Below, one piece after another: positions 55,949 through 64,000 of a DNA stretch of 64,000 nucleotides. The stretch spans positions 20,138,767 through 20,202,766 of the forward strand of contig OZ037766.1 in the NCBI GenBank assembly GCA_964035545.1, given 5' to 3'. The translations under genes and the position numbers were made by a program. The stretch is from Bugula neritina (lineage: Eukaryota; Animalia; Bryozoa). The first letter of the stretch is position 1. Each line of letters starts with the position of its first letter. The notes under the pieces are model-generated. The model saw only the letters and a program-made list of their open reading frames with translations, had not been told where the DNA came from and did not search any database.

Positions 55949-57035
55949 ATGAACTGGCAAGAGAAGTTGATTAATGCAGTGAGTAATTTTCTTTACAATT
56001 CTTATAAAATTTGTGATAAAAAATGGCACTTTTTCAATTTTTCCGTGAGTTTCACTATGTCATTCATTCAAAGTCAGTCATTCAGATTCAGTTATACTTA
56101 TTGGCAATACTCATACTCATAGTGATAGTCGAACTCAATCAGTCAATGTGAATGTCATAGTAATACTAGTGTTGGTCAGTACTGCACATCATTCAACACG
56201 TAATAATGGTTCAATTCATCATTTATACTATTTGTTGTTCTAATTTCAGGTCAGGGAAAGACCATGCTTGTGGGACAAGAATCATAAACACTACATGTAT
56301 AAAACTGTGAAAGAAAATAACTGGAAAGATGTTAGCAAAGAATTAGGAAATTTATTTGATGGTAGTTTATCAGTTTAATGAAGTAATTATGTCTATTGTA
56401 ATCAGATATTTAATCTACCACTTTTCAAGTTTACTTTTGACTTTTATAATCTTTAGAAAAAGCATGTGCTCTGAAATATCGGAACTTGCGGGACACCTAC
56501 GTGAGACTGAAAAGAGAACAGTTAAAAGTACCCAGTGGCTCTAGTCCAATTGAACCGCCAAAATGGCCTTTTTTTCAATTGTTCAGTTTCGTGGATAATA
56601 GGAGTGGAGCAGAAAGGTTGGTTTGTCCTTACGTTAAGTAGTTTATTTATTTTTTCAACAAACAAACTTTAAAAATTATAAAATTATTTAATACACATCA
56701 AGTAATTTATTTTGCAGTAGTATAGATGACAATATGCCATCAGAGGATATCGTGCAAGAACTTGCGACCACTGATACAGATACAGCGACAGCAAGCAGCC
56801 AGCAGCCAAAAAGAAAAAAAATGACACTGCAATAAAAGAAATAGACTTGGAAATAAAAAAAATAGATCAACTATTAGCAGCAGATGAAGAAGACGAGCAT
56901 GACTATTTCGGTAAAAGCATCGGGAAATGGTTAAAAAAACTCACACCTCATAAAGCTGCATTTATGAGAATGGAAATTAAAAAGCTTTTTTTCAGTGTTG
57001 AAAGTTCTAGTAAAATAGAAGTTAATGATTTATAA
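55949..57035 (+). CDS. Harbinger MADF (Myb/SANT-like) DNA-binding protein with BESS-like C-terminus; apparent 1-nt frameshift
   Basis: Four exons: MNWQEKLINA / VRERPCLWDKNHKHY...NNWKDVSKEL / YRNLRDTYVR...SGS...KWPFFQLFSF / ...DYFGKSIGKWLKKL...MRMEIKKLFF; frame break in the A-run near 56815. Confidence 0.8.
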
Positions 57036-57067
57036 AAAGTAACTGAAAAAGTTAAATGTATGTATAG

Positions 57068-57366
57068 GCAAGGTTCTTTTCTATTTTGCTTGATTTTCTA
57101 ATTTTCTCTAATGTTTCAGTAATTTGGGTGTGAAACTTGATGCTTTTTTATCACTTCACTAAAAAAGCATCAAGTTTTATGCCCAATTTCCTAAAAAGTT
57201 AGGGAAAACCAGAAAATCAAGCAAAGCTAGAAGAGAGCCTTGCTTATTCAGCTGTATTTTATTAGTTTAATCCAATAAACTATATAAATTAGTAGCTAAA
57301 CTGTAAAAAATTGTTAAAAAGTAAACAGATGATATGGTGTTTACTAAATTAAGTAAAATGGCTTAA
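57068..57366. mobile_element. Degenerate relative of the 18.2-kb MITE between the two Harbinger genes
   Basis: AGCTAAACTGTAAAAAAT...TACTAAATTAAGTAAAATGG and an internal inverted repeat TTTTGCTTGATTTTCT / AGAAAATCAAGCAAAG. Confidence 0.6.
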
Positions 57367-57575
57367 ATCAACTACATATATTTTACTAGAATTTTGAAGC
57401 ATAAAAATCTACATATAATATTTTGAACTAGTCAGGTTGGATTTATTTTTTGTAACATATTTTACTACTAGCAGCTTATATATACATATATACATATACC
57501 TATACATATACATATATAAACACAGTTTTTGCAGCATCGTACAAGTTTGAGTGGTTTTTCTGTCCAGCTTTATTT

Positions 57576-59169
57576 TTACCTTTTGTTAATATGATTATCT
57601 TGCCAAGCTACTTTTCCTTCGTTACAAAAATATAAAGTCAGCTTGTCTCTGAGTTCGCTAGCTGCTACTGTGGCACCTCTATTTCGAAGATTCAATCCAA
57701 AAGTCGGTTGTCGTGCTGCACGCCAAAATCCTAATTTGATACTCCCATCATGACTCACTTGGTCAGCATATCCCGGTGGGCAATAAATTTCATCATCAAC
57801 TTTTCTTAGAAAGTTGTGCAAAACACATGCAGTTCTCACTAATTTTGTTGCTTTTGAAGCATCAGCAATGATAGGCCTAAACAATATCCTCCAGCGCTGA
57901 GTTAGTATCCCTAAATAGAATACACGCAAAGTTATAAATATTGCAACTGATGCATGCAAAGAAATAGTTTGCCAACCAGCTATGCCACTCAAACACTAGA
58001 CTTACCAAACTTACCAAACGTATTTTCAATGACTCTTCTTGCCCTGCTAAGTCTATAATTGAATATTCTTTGGCTTTCATTGCTGATACTACGACCTGGA
58101 TAAGGTCTCATCAAATATGATTTGAGAGGAAAAGCTTCATCCCCAACAAGGGTATAAGGGAATAGGGTTGAAGAATCAGATAATACTGATGGTTCTGGTA
58201 AGTCGATAGTGCCTAAAGAAAATGGTGATAGTAAGCATATAATTGCTAGTCAAAATATAATACATTTATTAGATATTAAAAAGTTAAATACTGCTAAGCA
58301 GAGCTATTTTTTACCATTCTCTAATCCTTGGGAAAATTTTGACTGCGCCCAAACTCCAGCGTCATTGTTGCTTCCACTCGCACCAACATCAATCATTAAA
58401 AATTCGTAATTGCTGCTGCATACAGCTAATAGAATAATGGATAGTCTCTGTTTATAATTATAATAAGTTGAGCCCGTGTTCTTTGGTTTCTGTATTGTAC
58501 AGTGCTTTCCATCAACAGCACCAATACATTTGGGAAAATTCCATCTTTCTTCAAATCTTAAAACAAAGTTGAAGGAAATATTGTGAATAAATTTCACAGT
58601 ATAGTAATTTATTCAAGAATTTGTACAAATCAAGTTATCAATTTCAATACAGTAGCATATAGTACTAATAAGCACAAACCCCTGGGCTATTTTTTCCACC
58701 CTTCTTTCCCGGTTGGTACTGCTAAAAAGGATGGCTGCAAGGCATCATAAATAGCGTCACATGTAGTATAAATTATACCAGCTACAGTTGATCTTCCAAG
58801 TCGGTAGTGAGTGGCTATATTTCTGTGACTACTACCTTCAGCAAGATGGTGCAATGTGATGGCTAGCTTTAAGGAGGGTTCAATTGCTTGACGCATATTT
58901 GTGTTTTGCTTAGTAAGACTTGGCGCAACCAATCTTAATAAAAAGTCAAATTTATCTGCAGACATTCTAAAATAGTTTTTATGTCTGGACTCGGCATTTT
59001 GGTGTCGAAGCTCATCAACAAGCGTACTGTGAAGCCCAAGTTTATCCCTCTTTATATTAATTGGATGAACCCAGTATTTTCGTTTTAATTTTTCAGCAAG
59101 CAATACTTTCTTTTTTAGAAATAATGATCTTTTTTTAAGTAAAAGCAATCTGCTCGAATCGATTGTCAT
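57576..59169 (-). CDS. Harbinger DDE transposase, four exons, apparent 1-nt frameshift
   Basis: YWVHPIN, NYFRMS, LAITLHHLAEG, WNFPKCIGAVDGKH, YYNYK, VGDEAFPL, FNYRLSRARRVIENTFG, ACVLHNFL; frame break in the A-run at about 58690 (GWKK then stop rather than GWKKIAQG). Confidence 0.88.
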
Positions 59170-61586
59170 TTTGCAAGGCAGCATCAGCATGTGTAGCCAT
59201 AGAAACAAGGAGAGCATGCGAGCAGTAACGTTGAAAGCAAAAGCAATTGGCTAGTTAATTTTCGCATTTTCCTGCGTAACGTCGTGTGTGGCATGTCGCT
59301 ACCGCTGCGTATTTCTTCTCATGCGAATTCGCACGCGAAAATACGCACAGTGTGGCCCAAGGCTTAGTACACACTTTGTGTGAATGATTTTGAAACCAAT
59401 GAAATTCTTAGGATTGCCAGTGATTGGCTGAGGGCCTGACTAAAACAGTAGGAGGGCCTGATGTGGCTTGCAGGCCGCCATTTTCCCATCCCTGCTTTGC
59501 ATCATCTAAATTCTAAGCCCTCAAAGTTACACCATTTATATCACATTACTTCGTCCAGGTAAGAGACAAAACCGCCAGCTCAAAAACTGTTACGCCTAAA
59601 GGCAAGTGAAGCTGTTGCCAAGGCAGCAGATATTGAAGCCAAACCGCAAGCAAAAAAACACTCAAAGAAAAGATATTGAAGTTGCAATGATGGAACCTGT
59701 TAGAACAAAGGTACAAATAGTTGGTGAGGTGGAGGCTGAGCAAAAAAACACTGCTACCGTCCAGCAAACTATAATGGTAGGCGTGCCAGAAAGATAATTC
59801 TGGCTGTTTGCCAATATTTTAATAAAAATATTACGTCAGCTTTTTGAAGTTTGTTCAGCTATTTTTTGGCATGTTATTTTTGTTTGTGTTATGATTATAA
59901 GTAGTTTCACTTGTCAAGACCAAAGATCAAAGGAGTTGATGTTTGTACGTGTTATTATAATTATAAAGTTTTTGTTTTTGTTGATATTATTTGAAACTTA
60001 CTTATGTATATATTTTTGTACAGGATGTAACTATTTTTGACATTTTGATAGAGTCAACAATAAATTAAAAGAATAAGATTGTTGCTCCATGCTTGTTGCT
60101 ATCCAACTCAATAAGTCATGCCTAGCACAGTGGGAGAAAAGCAGAATTCTGGACTCAAACTAACCCCAGTTCACAATCTCTCAGTTCAGCTTAACATTTC
60201 AATTGACTCAGTTGCAAATTTTCAACTTACTAAAAGAAAGTCAAAAAGGAAAATGAAATGGAGACTGAGAAGAGGAAGGCTGTTATCTTCTGGCAAGCCC
60301 TAAGGGAAGAAAAACCAAATTCTGGATTCATGCTACCACCAGTTTACACTCTCCCAATTCAGCCCAATATTTCAATTGACTCACCTAAATTCAAAATAAA
60401 ATGACTTTCCCAAACACTGTTCATGACTTTTTCTACAACACATAATCAGAAGCTAAAAAGACACTCCAACTAAAACTATACATTACAGGGAATTGGCCGA
60501 TTTGGAAAACAACAAACTCTTCACATGACCCAACAAGTTATCAATTTGGTGAACAAACTACTGTTATTCATATATAACACAAGTGCTTTGAAAAGAACAT
60601 TACTGCACCGAAACTAGAAAAACCAATTAAGAAGTCAGATAGTCTGGTTAAACTCCACTCATCTATAGCTGTCATATTGCATCTCTCTCGATCCATGACT
60701 CTCACAAGCTTGCCAGTTATCAAAGCAAAGAATATATGTTATCATAAATTTGAGCAAAAGGATATTGGATAACTCATCATGAATATTTTGTATTCCAACA
60801 CAATAGCACTAGCACACACACTTGCAAGAACATTAGAGGAAAGCCTCTTGCTACACTAATGGCCATCTTACCGCCAGAAGACTTACAAAATTACTTCCTC
60901 TTACTCACACAAGCAAAAGGGGTAGAGTGTGAGATCGGCTTATTCGACCTGCTCAACATATTCTAAGGTAATAGGTCAGTGGCACGGTGGGAGACTAAAC
61001 ATTTTCCATTCGCATTTCATTTTATGAAGTAATGGAAGTTATGAAAAGTCCACCGCTAAGAGTAGTTATTGAAGACAAGCTATCTGTCACTTCTAAAATG
61101 ACCCCCCCCCCGCCACAAAATCCAATACTGTATCACCAATTCCAATCCATTTCGATAATGCAGAGATTTATTCACAAAAAACATTGAGTAGCTTCCGTTG
61201 TCATGGCAGCGACACGCGATTTTTAGAAGTTAAAACTTTTCGAGTAACAAATTCTACTAAGTAAGGGAGTTTTGCCTCGCAAGAGTGTGCTAAAACGGTG
61301 TGCTAGCAGTACTGTTTGGTTTTGGAAAAAATTTAACTCAAAAATAGTTCATTATTTTCCGAGACCCTACCTCGAATCATATCATCATCGATCGATAAAC
61401 AATTTGAGCTAAAATTTAACTTTAGGAAATAAATAAAAGTGTGGGATTATTTCATTATAAGAAATGAATATAATCTAAATATAAATTGTTATTTGTCGCT
61501 ATAGAAGCAAATTCAAAGCAAACGAAACCCTAACCCATTCTCACTGAACTCATAAAATAAATTTCAACTCCGAAATAAAGAATCAA

Positions 61587-62567
61587 ATGAAAATGGTGAA
61601 CCAGGGAGATGATAAAAGCAGTTGTGCCAACAAGCCTATTGCCAAGAAATGGGACGACCAGGATGATGCTCCATGTGGCACATGTGGAGAATACAAATGC
61701 AAGGGTGACATAGGATGTAGGAAAAATGTAACAATCAAGACAAAGATGATATCGTGTGACAAATGTAACTTCTGGTTTCACAGCTTCTGGCAACGGTTGG
61801 AAATTTCCGATATGAACACAATAAAAAAACTGGAATCACTTGGTGTAAGATGGTTTTGTAAGAAGTGTAAACCGCAGTTTTCCATTGACACAATTAGTAC
61901 AGGTTCAGGAAACAATACTGAAGCAATGACAAAACTGAATGGTCTTGAACGGATGATGAGAAACTTCCACCAAACATATGCAGATGTAGCAAAAGCAAAC
62001 TCTGAAAGGATTGAGAAGTTAGAAGTGTCATGCCAAGCTGCTCTGAAAGAAACTTCACAAAATCTGCTAAAAATAACTGAAATAAACAAGTCAGCCCAAT
62101 ATCTAATGGCTAAGAACAACGAGATCAATGAAGCCGAAGCCAGAAAAACCAACGCAATTCTGTATGGCATTGAGGAAGATGATGAAATGAGTACTATCCA
62201 ACAGATCGAACAGTTGAGGAAAAACGAACTGTACATGCACTGCAATAAACCGGTGCAAGCCTGGAGATTTGGAAAGAAATTTGAAGACAAGCCGAGACCA
62301 ATCAAGCTCAAGTTTAAAGACGAATGTGCAAAATGGACATTCATCAAGCGTGTTAACAACAAGTCTACCAGAACCACTGGCATTTTCTGTAAGGTGAATG
62401 AAAGTAAAACACTGAGAGATCAGGAATTCAAGCTTCGATCTCAAGTAAGAGATCTCATAAAAGAAAATGGAAAACACCAGTACAGAATAAGAAACCTGCA
62501 AATTCAACAAAAAACACACCAGGGGGAATGGCCGGTCATGAGCACAGCCAGGGAAAAAACCACGTAA
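61587..62567 (+). CDS. LINE (CR1-like) ORF1 protein with PHD finger, coiled coil and RRM-like region
   Basis: CGTC...CDKCNFWFH...WFCKKC; NAILYGIEE; RFGK...PRPIKLKF; immediately followed by an AP-endonuclease ORF. Confidence 0.85.
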   Translation: MKMVNQGDDKSSCANKPIAKKWDDQDDAPCGTCGEYKCKGDIGCRKNVTIKTKMISCDKCNFWFHSFWQRLEISDMNTIKKLESLGVRWFCKKCKPQFSIDTISTGSGNNTEAMTKLNGLERMMRNFHQTYADVAKANSERIEKLEVSCQAALKETSQNLLKITEINKSAQYLMAKNNEINEAEARKTNAILYGIEEDDEMSTIQQIEQLRKNELYMHCNKPVQAWRFGKKFEDKPRPIKLKFKDECAKWTFIKRVNNKSTRTTGIFCKVNESKTLRDQEFKLRSQVRDLIKENGKHQYRIRNLQIQQKTHQGEWPVMSTAREKTT

Positions 62568-63255
62568 AACTATTCCTTGCTAACATAAGATTCGCTACTG
62601 GAAAATCTGCCAAACTTACATCTCTTACTACTGATCACGACATCATTTGCCTCACTGAGACGCACCTTGACAGCCGAGTCTCAAACAACTGCATAATAGA
62701 GGCTGATAACAAAATTGTGCTTCGGCGTGATAGAAATCTCTACGGTGGGGGTGTACTTATTGCTGTGAACCATTCGCTAAAGCCCTATAAAACTGACATA
62801 AACACCTCTGAAGAGGAGATAGTAGTCGTGAAGGTTGAGCCAAATATCATATTATGCTGCTACTATAGACCACACATGCATACAAAAAACATTGAAAACT
62901 AGGTGAAATACTAGAGGGTATCTATCAAAAGTTTCCAGGTTTCCGTGTTATCCTGCTTGGTGACTTTAACTTATCTGGTATAAATTGACAGACCCAACAA
63001 ATAAAGGACGACTATCAATACAAACACTTGCATAGAGAATTCCTAAACCTGCTTCATGACAACATGCTATCACAACTTATCTCAGGTGCCACACACATAC
63101 ACGGAAACACCTTGGACCTAATTTGCACTAACTCCCCTGAATTATTCTCTGAACTTAATGTCATAGAGCCGGGCTTAAATGACCATTACCTCATCAGTAC
63201 AAATCTTGATGTAATACCGAGAAAAACGAAAAGCGCAGATTGTTCAAAAAGGTAG
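62528..63255 (+). pseudogene. LINE ORF2 AP-endonuclease remnant, truncated before RT
   Basis: ANIR, DIICLTETHL, RRDR, GGGVLIAV, YYRP, LLGDFN, TLDLI, NDH motifs with stops and a frameshift. Confidence 0.88.
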
Positions 63256-63639
63256 ACCATATCCACTCCCAGCAACACATGGAAAATATTAGTAAAGAGT
63301 TGAAGGAAATGAATGACCCTGATTGTATGTTTTCAATCTAGACATAGATTTAAAAAAAGGTGCTTACCACAATTTGTTTGCTGATCTTAGAAATGGAACC
63401 AATCGAGAGTATTGTCACCATGATTATTTTATAGTGTTAAAGTATACCTTTGACTATATTTTGGACAAAATCGATCATAGGTAAGTCAATGCCATATTTA
63501 TTATTTAAGAATGATGAACTATTTTTGATTTTATCATTTTTATTTTAGTTACTTTTACATTTCGTATAACTATAACATTAAGTATGGTAATACTAATACA
63601 TGCCTATTGCCGCTTTGTTTCAAGACTCAACTTATCTTA

Positions 63640-63770
63640 TAGGATACGGAGACAAAACAGGCATTTGGGAAAGGCAATACCACCATCAATGCGACTTGCT
63701 ATAACCCTCCATCGTCTCGCAGAAGGCACTTCTTTTTCTGCTATAAGGTATCATTGACGACTGGGAAGTG
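63640..63770 (+). pseudogene. Short fragment of a second Harbinger transposase
   Basis: PSMRLAITLHRLAEGTSFSAIRYH*RLG aligns with PSLKLAITLHHLAEGSSHRNIATHYRLG of the 58.8-kb transposase. Confidence 0.7.
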
Positions 63771-64000
63771 TAGGATGATCCGATATTGACAAGCTACTGA
63801 CAAACGATAGCAGGTACAAAAGCCACTCAAAGCGAATGGTCTCGTGACTACTGAGAAGTGAAAGCCAGATGTAAGCCAACACAAGGCACTCGATAGCTAT
63901 AGCTCGAGAGGGTAAATTAACAATACATGGCGCAGTTGGCAGGATTCTAATCTGCCCGAGTTAGTGATTACTTTTCGTGATTGTGAGAGAAACGAGACAA

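Larger units (their letters stand above)
55613..59363. mobile_element. PIF/Harbinger DNA transposon with convergent MADF and transposase genes
   Basis: TIRs GCCTAGGGCCACAC and GTGTGGCCCAAGGC; TTA TSD (55610-55612 and 59364-59366); canonical two-gene layout. Confidence 0.95.

Noticed and set aside
63769-64000. Possible start of another LTR interrupting the Harbinger fragment
   Set aside because: Only a TG and a composition change are visible; the window ends before it can be tested

Overview
AT-rich eukaryotic (invertebrate-like; taxon not determinable) genomic window with GT-AG spliced genes and many transposons. Host genes read from the sequence: the 5' part of a thioester-containing protein (CD109/iTEP/A2M family, minus strand, ATG 9002, runs off the left edge); a PAN/Apple + Thr-rich linker + fibrinogen C-terminal domain gene (minus, about 17.0-26.0 kb); a complete six-exon MRPL13 (minus, 28183-36338); and a tentative orphan secreted-protein gene (plus, about 38.0-49.8 kb) head-to-head with MRPL13. 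Mobile DNA: a full-length Ty3/Gypsy element (38174-45915, ATAG TSD, tRNA-Leu PBS, UUUAAAC -1 frameshift signal, two nonsense codons); a related solo LTR (23330-24613); an ISL2EU-like element with 1075-bp inverted arms in MRPL13 intron 1; a two-gene PIF/Harbinger element with its MITE; a CR1-like LINE 5' fragment; a decayed Gypsy pol; hAT and MULE remnants; MITEs and SINE heads. The most striking observation is a ~410-bp TG...CA element that has inserted independently twice, with different 5-bp TSDs and opposite relative orientation, about 30 bp apart in the U3 region of two copies of the same Gypsy LTR family. This suggests an element that targets another retrotransposon's LTR. Coordinates were counted by hand and may be off by a few bases.
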